DNA from: Candidatus Peregrinibacteria bacterium CG10_big_fil_rev_8_21_14_0_10_55_24
Lineage (GTDB): Bacteria > Patescibacteriota > Gracilibacteria > Peribacterales > Peribacteraceae
Direction: 5' to 3'
Assembly (NCBI GenBank): GCA_002772745.1
Contig: PFDV01000008.1
Span: 21,828-85,827 of the forward strand
Length of the DNA: 64,000 bases
The notes below the pieces were generated by a model. That model saw only the letters and a list, made by a program, of their open reading frames with translations. It searched no databases and had not been told where the DNA came from. The position numbers and the translations under genes are program-made. This document shows positions 1-7,653 of the stretch, in pieces. How positions within the stretch are numbered: the first letter of the stretch is position 1; every line of letters starts with the position of its first letter.

Positions 1-1906
1 ATTTCTCGCTCTGGGGTTGCCCGGTATCAGTCACGCCATCTCCGCACCAAGCTTCCTTGCAATTCGCGCGACAGGCGTTAGGGGCGGTATCGGAGTTTTC
101 CGTTCCATCATCGCACTCTTCATAGAGGTTCTGCGATCCATCCTGCCCACCCTGCACAGTGCCGTCCCCGCATCCGAGGCACACGCAATCCGCGGTACAT
201 GCAGTCCAGAACGCTGACGAATATATCTCACGGCATTCCTCAGCGCTCCAAGGAAAAATTCCCAAGTTGCTGGAGCCGCCGATATCGCACTGCTCCTCAT
301 CCTCCGTAATATAGTTCCCGCATATGTGCGTACAGAGACATCCCTCGCACTGTGCCGTACTCGTATCCAAATCGGGGTATGCCGCGGCGCAATCCTGGGC
401 CGTTTCGCACTCCTCTCCATTGAAAGTATCCACGCGCGAGTCTCCGCAATAGAAACACTTGCATTCGTCGCAGTACGACGCGCCGAGATCCTCGGAGAGC
501 GACGGATGCGCTTGCGCACACACGGCATCGCCATCGTAGCTAGGATTGCCTGTGATGGAATACTCGCACTCTTCGCCGGAATCGAGGCTGTTGTTGCCGC
601 AGCGACTGCAGGTGCAGTTGAGTTCCTCATAGAGTCCTATCTCACCCATAATACAGTATGCGTCCTCTCCAACACTCACTTCGCAATAGGCATCACCATG
701 CCCTTCGGAACTGCCATCACACTCCTCTTGTGCTGCATCGAATTCCCCATCACCACACTCTGCACCACAATTACACGTCTCAAGATTGCAAAGGCCCTCC
801 TCACAATCTGCATTTGAGGCGCACTTATCACTATCTGCCGCACAGAGCTTACATGAGCAATCGTTCTGACAGACATACACTTTGCCTGATGGAGGCGTCC
901 CACAACCGCCCACATCGGTGCCTTCACATGCTTCCGCAGAATGCCGCGCCCCATCGCCACACCACCCGCAGGTACACTCACCCTCCGTATCCGGCTCGCG
1001 GCAGAAGAATCCCGTCTGTTCCCCGTGGTGGTACGCACACTGGCTCAAGTTCCCCGGCTCACACTCCTCCACCCCCCACTGTACGGTACCGTCACCGCAC
1101 TCATTGTTGCAGTACGCGTTGCACGCTGCCTGCTCGTCGGTATCGAACTCCACCGGTTCATACCCGGGGAAACTGGAACAGCCTTGCCCCTGCTGGAGCA
1201 CTTTGAGTGAGCAACTGGGCGAAGGATCGCGACTGCAGCAGTACCGCTGTCGGTTGGTGGTGGGACATCCTGCAGGAGGACTCGCATTACACGCCTCCAA
1301 AGAATCGTAGACCGTGGTATAGGGACCAGAACACGATGTGACATCGGCGGATGCCTCGCTGCACCCGAAGTGCTCCTCGCCAGATAGTTGTGCACAGCAA
1401 TACTTGGTAGGCGCACTGCAACCGAGTGAACAAAGATTGGCGTTGTTGTATGTGACGCCCGTTGTATTCGGTTTACTCGCGCATGTCTCGCCATTATCGA
1501 CATCGAGAATAGCGGTGAAGCATGTGCCCGCATCAGGCCCAGTTGCACGGCAGCATGTCCTTTCCGCCTTTCCAACCGGGCAGGAACTGTTGCATGCATT
1601 AACCGAATCGTACGGACCCGAGAGTGCACCTGCGTCACACACGGGCGGATCTCCCTCCACTTCTTCGCAGGCAACACGCGCGAAAATCGTACTACCGTTG
1701 AGCTGGCAACAGAATCCATACCCGTAGAGAACCGGCGGGCTGGAACTGTCCACCGCAGCAAGAATGCTCGCGGGGACATCGTCGACCGGCACCTGTTCCA
1801 TGCGCTGCAATTCCACGGCAACGATGAGCGTGAGCACCACGAGCACCGGCAAGAGTGAGAGTCGAAAGCGGATATGCGATGCTGAAGGTCGTTGCGTGGA
1901 CAGCAC
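1..1906 (-). CDS. Secreted cysteine-rich repeat protein (CGDG...EECD(D)G repeats, Myxococcus-type cysteine-rich repeat / DUF4215-like). The C-terminus runs off the left window edge.
   Basis: Hand translation of the third minus-strand frame is open for 635 codons, from GTG at 1906 to position 2, with no stop. That is why it is absent from the ORF track. The N-terminus VLSTQRPSASHIRFRLSLLPVLVVLTLIVAV looks like a signal anchor. The protein is very Cys-rich, with recurring motifs ECGDGTVQWGVEECE, WCGDGARHSAEACEG, ECGDGEFDAAQEECDG, RCGNNSLDSGEECE, YCGDSRVDTFNGEECE, GCGDGTVQ...YEECDDG and WCGDGVTD. Track ORFs 31..630, 676..1038 and 1045..2019 are Arg/Ser-rich off-frame shadows. Confidence 0.8.
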   Translation of the reverse strand, partial: MLSTQRPSASHIRFRLSLLPVLVVLTLIVAVELQRMEQVPVDDVPASILAAVDSSSPPVLYGYGFCCQLNGSTIFARVACEEVEGDPPVCDAGALSGPYDSVNACNSSCPVGKAERTCCRATGPDAGTCFTAILDVDNGETCASKPNTTGVTYNNANLCSLGCSAPTKYCCAQLSGEEHFGCSEASADVTSCSGPYTTVYDSLEACNASPPAGCPTTNRQRYCCSRDPSPSCSLKVLQQGQGCSSFPGYEPVEFDTDEQAACNAYCNNECGDGTVQWGVEECEPGNLSQCAYHHGEQTGFFCREPDTEGECTCGWCGDGARHSAEACEGTDVGGCGTPPSGKVYVCQNDCSCKLCAADSDKCASNADCEEGLCNLETCNCGAECGDGEFDAAQEECDGSSEGHGDAYCEVSVGEDAYCIMGEIGLYEELNCTCSRCGNNSLDSGEECEYSITGNPSYDGDAVCAQAHPSLSEDLGASYCDECKCFYCGDSRVDTFNGEECETAQDCAAAYPDLDTSTAQCEGCLCTHICGNYITEDEEQCDIGGSSNLGIFPWSAEECREIYSSAFWTACTADCVCLGCGDGTVQGGQDGSQNLYEECDDGTENSDTAPNACRANCKEAWCGDGVTDTGQPQSEK

Positions 1907-2015
1907 GATGAGAGGGAAACCTTGGTATTACTGCTCATTGTGAAACTTCTTCCGCCGCTTGCAAGTGACGTGGCTTGGCAAACAACAAAATATGGCGAAG
2001 AGCAGGAGAAAACCT

Positions 2016-2573
2016 TCATTCCTCATCGGGCCTGCTGCGTGTCGTCATGATGCGGCCATACCATTCCGGATGGACGTTCACGCCTACGTCTTTTTGAAGA
2101 AGAACACCTGCGGGCACCTCGTCAGGTCTGGTCATCCCCACCAGGGTGGTCGGTACTGTGACGTCAAATACCATGTGTTTGCCTTCGAGCCGCACGGTAC
2201 TGCCTTGCATACCTTCGAGTGTGATAGGTGTCTCAGGTCCGATGTGGAGCTCCATATGCCCCTTGGGTCCGAACTTGTACGCACGAATGGTGGTGTACTC
2301 TTCGCCGGGAGTCATGCGCTCCTTGGGTTTGGCCATCATGAGCGTCAGCTGGTTCCCGGTACGCTTGAGGTCAATTGCGCCTTCCCCGACCGCTTGAACG
2401 GTGAAGGATTGGAGGGGGACCTCTCCCTCTGCAGGGAACACGACTTTGTAGTACTTACCGGATTCAAAACGCAGTTGCTTACTCACTCCGTTCGCAATCT
2501 CAAGGATGCTCTGGGGAGCTCCTTGAGGAGACTCCCGTGACCCTATGGGAGATTCGGGTCCACGCTTTGTCAT
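2016..2573 (-). CDS. Hypothetical protein (185 aa), directly upstream of the Cys-rich protein on the same strand
   Basis: Track ORF with balanced composition. I recognise no motif and see no signal peptide. Confidence 0.5.
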   Translation of the reverse strand: MTKRGPESPIGSRESPQGAPQSILEIANGVSKQLRFESGKYYKVVFPAEGEVPLQSFTVQAVGEGAIDLKRTGNQLTLMMAKPKERMTPGEEYTTIRAYKFGPKGHMELHIGPETPITLEGMQGSTVRLEGKHMVFDVTVPTTLVGMTRPDEVPAGVLLQKDVGVNVHPEWYGRIMTTRSRPDEE

Positions 2574-2677
2574 TGCATGTGCAGCCTAGCACGATAGAGG
2601 AGCGACAACCATCTCCCCATTTTGCACCCGACTCCGTCCGGCTCCGCTCTCGCTGCGCCGGAACTACGCCGGACGAG

Positions 2678-2740
2678 CCTCCCGCACTTTCTGCACCTCC
2701 CGCACCTTCCGCACCTTCCTGACTTTCCGTACCTTCCTCT
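2678..2740 (+). repeat. 9-bp-period pyrimidine array, 7 units
   Basis: Units: cctcccgca ctttctgca cctcccgca ccttccgca ccttcctga ctttccgta ccttcctct. A weaker periodicity extends over about 2610..2765. It lies directly upstream of the TACACT box and the M23 start. Confidence 0.85.
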
Positions 2741-2768
2741 CCCCCACCCTCCGCCCTACACTCCCCTC

Positions 2769-3308
2769 ATGATCTTCTCTCCACTCCCCGGAACGCCGCT
2801 CATCACCCAAGGCTTTGGGCAGAACCCCGATGTCTACAGCACATATGGATATCAAGGACACAACGGCATCGACTTCGGTGTGCCGGAAGGCACGATTATC
2901 TACGCGCCTCACGATGGCACCGCCGAGGTGCGCAACGACGGAGCAAGCGGGTACGGGTTGCACCTTGTGATCAGCGATGAGAAGAGGAAGAGCGTACTCG
3001 CACACCTCTCCAATGTTGACGTTACAAATGGACAGTTCGTGTACCAGGGCAACCCCGTGGGGAAGAGCGGCGCGACAGGACAGTGCACAGGACCGCACCT
3101 GCACTGGACGTACAAGATTTGTAAGAGCGGTGTCGTGCAGAATAAGAGCAACGGGTACGACGGTGCCGTGGATGTCACCGAGTTCACGCGACTCTGGTTG
3201 GATCAGGACTTGCACTTCAATGCTGAGTACACCGACGACGCCAAAGAGTACCTCGCAATGGACTTCACAGAGAATCAGTACCTCAAGAACACGACGAGGC
3301 AAGCGTAG
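2769..3308 (+). CDS. M23 family metallopeptidase (LytM/lysostaphin-like)
   Basis: Motifs GHNGIDFGVPEGTIIYAPHDG, GYGLHLVISD and GATGQCTGPHLHW. The start is moved to ATG 2769 because the 49 upstream codons of track ORF 2622..3308 only read through the 9-bp repeat array (HLPHLPHLPDFPYLP). Confidence 0.8.
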   Translation: MIFSPLPGTPLITQGFGQNPDVYSTYGYQGHNGIDFGVPEGTIIYAPHDGTAEVRNDGASGYGLHLVISDEKRKSVLAHLSNVDVTNGQFVYQGNPVGKSGATGQCTGPHLHWTYKICKSGVVQNKSNGYDGAVDVTEFTRLWLDQDLHFNAEYTDDAKEYLAMDFTENQYLKNTTRQA

Positions 3309-3310
3309 GA

Positions 3311-3742
3311 CTACTCCTGAGTGGATGTACCACCGCCGGACTGCAGAATGCAGGAAATGCGCAGGTGCGTGACACCGAGCAATTGATCTACGGCATCATC
3401 GCCCGCGGATGCCTCCGGAAATCCCTCGCACAGTCCAAGAGCAATGAACGCTGCACGTGCACGTTGTAAGAACAGCGAAACGAAACTACTGCCAGAGAGA
3501 CATTCGCGGCCGATAGCCTGAGTGCATCGCTGAGCCGTGGCCTGCGCAAGTACCGTACCGTTGCTACACAGCAACTCGACTTCCTCCGCATTGTCGACAT
3601 CCGCCTGCGGCACGTGGTAGGGGCGGATTAGGAAAAATTCGCCGCCTTCTCCGCCAGCAACAACAGCACATTCTTCCGATGGTGTGAGCGTGAAACGTTT
3701 CGCCATAGAAGCTAATTCTATGCATATTTTATTATTTGTCAA
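3311..3742 (-). CDS. Hypothetical protein (143 aa, or about 131 aa from the internal Met)
   Basis: Track ORF. It has a 4-nt ATGA-type overlap with the rlmH stop. No motif recognised. Confidence 0.45.
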   Translation of the reverse strand: MTNNKICIELASMAKRFTLTPSEECAVVAGGEGGEFFLIRPYHVPQADVDNAEEVELLCSNGTVLAQATAQRCTQAIGRECLSGSSFVSLFLQRARAAFIALGLCEGFPEASAGDDAVDQLLGVTHLRISCILQSGGGTSTQE

Positions 3743-4194
3743 TGGTGATACCCCGTGCCCCGCAGGAGTGTTTCACTGCGAAATAGCTGCTCCAGGAGCA
3801 ACAACCTACAAAGCTCATGGGGCAGTGTCATCGCACTGAGCGCGATGAGCCGGTCGGCACGTTCGCGCACGGCATCGCTGAGTCCGTACGCCCCGCCAAT
3901 GACGAGTGTGAGGGAAACTCCCCGATCGCGCAGTGCGCCCAATGCTTTCGCGAGTGCCTGGGATGAGAGCCCCTTCCCACGCTCATCGAGCACCCACACA
4001 ACGCCGCGTTCTTTCCGGAGAACCTCAAAGAGACGCTTCGATTCATCCTCCACTTGCTTGTGAGGATCCTTACTGCGACTCGCAGGGATTTCGCGTACGA
4101 CAACGTGCGGCAGTCGCGCCAGGTACACCGAGCAACCCTCAGTAAGCCACGAGGATTTGAGCGCGCCGACGCAGAGCACCGTTATCCTCTGCAT
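3739..4194 (-). CDS. rlmH: 23S rRNA (pseudouridine1915-N3)-methyltransferase RlmH (SPOUT)
   Basis: 151 aa. Has VIGGAYGLSD...LSAMTLPHELCRLLLLEQLFR...GYHH, the typical RlmH C-terminus. Confidence 0.9.
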   Translation of the reverse strand: MQRITVLCVGALKSSWLTEGCSVYLARLPHVVVREIPASRSKDPHKQVEDESKRLFEVLRKERGVVWVLDERGKGLSSQALAKALGALRDRGVSLTLVIGGAYGLSDAVRERADRLIALSAMTLPHELCRLLLLEQLFRSETLLRGTGYHH

Positions 4195-4205
4195 GAGAAC
4201 ATGCT

Positions 4206-4235
4206 ACCCGAACCCGAACCCCAACCCGAACCCTA
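4206..4235 (+). repeat. 6-bp tandem array (ACCCGA)n, 5 units
   Basis: Units: acccga acccga acccca acccga acccta. Located between the rlmD 3' end and the rlmH start. Confidence 0.85.
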
Positions 4236-4265
4236 TTTGTCACGGCATTGCAAAGTGAAGCCGGA

Positions 4266-5717
4266 CTACTTCCTCTGCAGTACCGCCACGGTTTCGATGT
4301 AACTCGTGTGCGGGAACATGTCGACCGGCTGCACGGACCGGAGCTCATATCCCCCCTTGAGGAATTCACCGAGATCTCGTGCGAACGTGGCCACGTTACA
4401 TGAGACGTAGATGAGTTTCTTCGGAGCATGGAGCAATACTGCTTCGCGCGCTTTGGGGTGCAATCCTGCGCGCGGCGGATCGACAATGATGGTAGTGAAC
4501 GCGTACTTGCCACCGGGCTTGAGTTGATCGTGGAGCACCTGCTCGGCACGTCCCTTGTAGAAACTGATGTTGCCGATACGGTTTTTCCCCGCGCTTTTCA
4601 GCGCGTCTTCTATCGCCGTAGGATGACTCTCGATGCCTACGACTTTTTCGCAGAACCGAGCGACGTACTGTCCGATGGTTCCCATGCCGCAGTACGCGTC
4701 GAGCACGGTATCTCTCGCACCGATATCCGCGCCTTCGACAACGGCCTGGTAGAGCTTTTCCGCTCCCAGTGTATTGGTTTGGAAGAAGGAAAACGGCGAA
4801 ATCTCAAACAGAAGATCAAAGAGTCGTTCGCTGATAAAAGGCTGGCCGATGAGTGGGTAGACCTTGGGGTTTTCCGGCTTGTCGTTCATGCCAAGATTCT
4901 CGATGACAAGGAGCGACGTAAGCTGCGATCGGCCGCCAAAACGCATGAAGTGTTGGAAGAGCGGTTCGAGTTCTTTCTTCCGTGCCTTCACTGTGAAAGC
5001 GATCATATGCTCGCCGGTTTGCACCCCGCGACGCAGGAGAAGCGTACGCAGTATGCCCTTGTGCGTTTTGGGGTTGTACACGGGAATTTGTGTCTCAGCG
5101 AGGAATCGTCGGACATCGGAAAGGAGCAAACCTAACTGCTCATCGTAGAGGTGGCACTCGCCAATGGGAAGCACCGTGGACCAGTTGCCCGGTTGGTGGA
5201 ATCCAATCGTCGGGTTCTCATCAAAGTACATGCGACGTCCATCGCGCTCCTCGCTACCCATGCGCTCGTACCCAAAACTCAGCTCCAACTTATTGCGATA
5301 GTGGAAAATTTGCGGACTGGGGATGATTTTGAGCACGCGGCCGGGCAGCTGTTTTCTGAGAGCAGGTTCCACGGGAACCAGGTGCTCCAGGGTCTCGCGG
5401 ACAATCTCCTCTTTGTAGCGGATCTGCTTATCGTAGGAGAGATTCTGCCACACACACCCCCCACAATCATGACAATGACTGCAACGCGAAGGAATCTCGT
5501 CCTTGGAACGACGCAGAACCTTTGTGAGTTTTGCCTCGTAGTAACCGTCCCTGCGCTTGGTGACCACAATGAGCGCCTGTTGGCCAGGAATCGTGCCCGG
5601 AACGAAGATTTTTGCACCTTCGACCGTAGCAAGCCCTGCGCCGCCATATGCAAGTTTTTCGATGATGACGGTGAGCTCTTGACCCGGGTGGATCTCAGCC
5701 CTCTCAATACTTGACAT
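4266..5717 (-). CDS. rlmD: 23S rRNA (uracil-5)-methyltransferase, RumA/RlmD (TrmA) family
   Basis: N-terminal TRAM-like domain, Fe-S cysteine cluster CSHCHDCGGCVWQNL, SAM-methyltransferase motifs VLDAYCGMGTIG and IIVDPPRAGL, and the catalytic-region motif YVSCN. Confidence 0.8.
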   Translation of the reverse strand: MSSIERAEIHPGQELTVIIEKLAYGGAGLATVEGAKIFVPGTIPGQQALIVVTKRRDGYYEAKLTKVLRRSKDEIPSRCSHCHDCGGCVWQNLSYDKQIRYKEEIVRETLEHLVPVEPALRKQLPGRVLKIIPSPQIFHYRNKLELSFGYERMGSEERDGRRMYFDENPTIGFHQPGNWSTVLPIGECHLYDEQLGLLLSDVRRFLAETQIPVYNPKTHKGILRTLLLRRGVQTGEHMIAFTVKARKKELEPLFQHFMRFGGRSQLTSLLVIENLGMNDKPENPKVYPLIGQPFISERLFDLLFEISPFSFFQTNTLGAEKLYQAVVEGADIGARDTVLDAYCGMGTIGQYVARFCEKVVGIESHPTAIEDALKSAGKNRIGNISFYKGRAEQVLHDQLKPGGKYAFTTIIVDPPRAGLHPKAREAVLLHAPKKLIYVSCNVATFARDLGEFLKGGYELRSVQPVDMFPHTSYIETVAVLQRK

Positions 5718-5739
5718 TAGGTAATAAATACGTTATAAA
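5711..5739 (+). promoter_or_regulatory. Sigma-70-like promoter TTGACA-17-TATAAA upstream of ATG 5758
   Basis: Consensus -35 at 5711..5716, a 17-nt spacer, and the -10 at 5734..5739. Confidence 0.5.
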
Positions 5740-5757
5740 TTGCAACTTTCTAGCACT

Positions 5758-6654
5758 ATGCGGACGCGTTCCCTCTTCATCACCTCCGGCGTCATTCTCC
5801 TGACCTGCAACCTCAGTGTCGCTGTCCTTGAGTACAGTGTAGCAGAACCGCGCGCTTCCGCAACAACACCAACAACAATCCGGGCATCCGTTTCCGCTCC
5901 CCAGAACCCCCGCAAGCGACCTCAAACCGTGCCTGTGGTACACGGATCGTCAAAGCCAGCGCAAACAATCGCACCGGTGCTCATCGCAACAAAAGAGAGA
6001 GAGCCACAGGCAAAACCAACACTCCTGGAAGCAGTCGATCACACAGATATTCGCGCGCACCACCAAGAGATCGCCAACGAGGTGCTACGCGCGCTCCCCA
6101 CACAGTGCCTGTCCGCACTCAAGCGCCTCTATGTGCGCTACGACAATCCGGATCAGCGTGGACTTGCGGGGAAAAACTCAATCATTCTGGATGGCAGCGT
6201 CCCGGACAGTGAATTCCGTGCGCTCCTCATCCACGAATTCGGGCACATCACAGATCTTGGATGTTTGACTGGTGCCAACGCCAGCGCGCCGAGCGGGTTC
6301 CGGGATGGAACGGAAACGATTTACGCAAACGACCCAAGCGTAGGCTTCTACCAAATCTCCTGGACCTCAAGCAGGACGAAAGTTTCCGGCACGCAGGATG
6401 AAGACTTCGTATCCGGGTACGCCAGCTGGGACCCGTTTGAGGACTTTGCAGAAACGTTCGCGTACTACGTGCTCCAGCGCGATGCATTCGCGATGCGCGC
6501 AGAGGAGAACACAGCGCTCGCGGAGAAATTCGCTTGGATGGAAACACATATCTTCCAACAGGACACCGCAGTGGCAACTGGAACACACCGCTGGACAGGC
6601 ACCGTCCCCTGGGATGTGACGAAACTCGGGTACGCGTGGCTCGCCTCTCGCTGA
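5758..6654 (+). CDS. Putative membrane-anchored or secreted zinc metallopeptidase-like protein (HExxH)
   Basis: N-terminal hydrophobic segment LFITSGVILLTCNL and an LIHEFGHITD (HExxH) motif. The start is taken at ATG 5758, just downstream of a TTGACA-17-TATAAA promoter-like site. Confidence 0.55.
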   Translation: MRTRSLFITSGVILLTCNLSVAVLEYSVAEPRASATTPTTIRASVSAPQNPRKRPQTVPVVHGSSKPAQTIAPVLIATKEREPQAKPTLLEAVDHTDIRAHHQEIANEVLRALPTQCLSALKRLYVRYDNPDQRGLAGKNSIILDGSVPDSEFRALLIHEFGHITDLGCLTGANASAPSGFRDGTETIYANDPSVGFYQISWTSSRTKVSGTQDEDFVSGYASWDPFEDFAETFAYYVLQRDAFAMRAEENTALAEKFAWMETHIFQQDTAVATGTHRWTGTVPWDVTKLGYAWLASR

Positions 6655-6660
6655 AATAAG

Positions 6661-6699
6661 CCGCAGATGGGGCCTCCCAAACCTTCTGCAGTTCTTGTA
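6661..6699 (+). repeat. Miniature purine/pyrimidine 9-mer pair (hairpin-capable)
   Basis: Reads cgcagatgg gg cctcccaaa ccttctgca. The two pyrimidine units are identical to units at 24823, 63199 and 36882, 63154. Confidence 0.6.
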
Positions 6700-7510
6700 C
6701 GCTATTCCCATGCGTTCGCGCGTGCTCCTCTGGATTTGGCTCGCCTGTGATATGGCGCTCTTCGTGGGAAGTTACGCACTGGCGTACTTCCTGCGGGTTG
6801 GATGGATCTTTTCCACCGACTTCCCCTTTGATCGATTCCTGACAACCGCCCTGCTCGTTGCACCGTTCTGGCTGGTCGTCCTCGCAACGACGAGGACGTT
6901 CCACCTCACGCGCAATCAGCGCACGCTGCGCAACGCGGCGTACATTGTCTATGCAGCACTCGTGGGCGTTGCGCTCTTCGTCCTGACGTACTACTTCCGC
7001 TACACCACGTTCTTCAGCCGGCTCCTCCTCTTGGAAGCCCTCATGCTTTCCACGGTGATCACTCTGGCTTGGCATGTGGTGTTCCAAACACTGCAGCGTC
7101 GTATTCTCCTCTGGGATCCCCCGCGCTTCCCCACACTGATCATCGGCGTCACGCGCGAATCCAAGCGGCTCATCACCATGCTCCAACAACGTCACAACCC
7201 CCTGCACCCCGTGGCCATCCTCGACGGACGAGGTGCAAACGAGAAAGAGATTTCCGGCGTGCCGGTGCTGGGAAAACTCAATAAGTTGGAAGAAACACTG
7301 GAGAACTATCGCATCACGCACCTCATTCAATGCAGTGACCTCGAGCAATCCATGAACTTGCTTTCCGCCTGTCGCCAGCGGCAGATCACCTACCTGCTCC
7401 TCCCCTCCCTGCTGGGCATTGTAGAACGCGACGAGCGCGTGGAATCGCTCGAGGGACTCCCCGTGACCATGGTGAGTCCCCAGCGTCACTGGTGGAACTG
7501 GTTCTTTTAA
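6695..7510 (+). CDS. N-terminal (transmembrane plus CoA-binding-like) part of a WcaJ/WbaP-type polyprenyl glycosylphosphotransferase. The catalytic Bac_transf domain is missing.
   Basis: Four or five predicted transmembrane helices, then TLIIGVTRESKRLITMLQQ...PVAILD...GVPVLGKLNKLEETL, the typical central domain. The ORF stops (…PQRHWWNWFF*) where the sugar-transferase domain normally begins. Confidence 0.5.
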   Translation: MYAIPMRSRVLLWIWLACDMALFVGSYALAYFLRVGWIFSTDFPFDRFLTTALLVAPFWLVVLATTRTFHLTRNQRTLRNAAYIVYAALVGVALFVLTYYFRYTTFFSRLLLLEALMLSTVITLAWHVVFQTLQRRILLWDPPRFPTLIIGVTRESKRLITMLQQRHNPLHPVAILDGRGANEKEISGVPVLGKLNKLEETLENYRITHLIQCSDLEQSMNLLSACRQRQITYLLLPSLLGIVERDERVESLEGLPVTMVSPQRHWWNWFF

Positions 7511-7632
7511 AAGAGAGGGGAGAAGCATGAGTGAAAAAGAGGAGCAAGAGGAACAACCATCCTGCTCTCCGGCTTCTTTGCCCCCTTTCTTCCTCTGCTT
7601 CCTTTTCCTCTTTTTTCTCTCCCATACGCTCA
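7503..7632 (+). repeat. Purine-rich arm followed by a pyrimidine-rich arm, both with about 9-bp periodicity (imperfect long inverted repeat)
   Basis: Purine arm: aaaagagaggggagaagcatgagtgaaaaagaggagcaagaggaac. Pyrimidine arm: tcctgctct ccggcttct ttgccccct ttcttcctc tgcttcctt ttcctcttt tttctctcc. Confidence 0.7.
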
Positions 7633-7653
7633 GAACCACGTACACTATCCCCG

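Noticed and set aside
31-2019. Track ORFs 31..630(-), 326..817(+), 658..1206(+), 676..1038(-), 1045..2019(-), 1338..1727(+)
   Set aside because: All are Arg/Ser/Pro/His-rich, off-frame or antisense readings of the same DNA. The third minus-strand frame is open for 635 codons with a coherent Cys-repeat architecture, and it explains the region.
6248-7645. 465-aa minus-strand ORF overlapping the HExxH protein and the glycosylphosphotransferase fragment
   Set aside because: This is an antisense shadow ORF in G+C-rich DNA, with low-complexity, Arg/Gly/Glu-rich sequence. The plus-strand genes have recognisable motifs.
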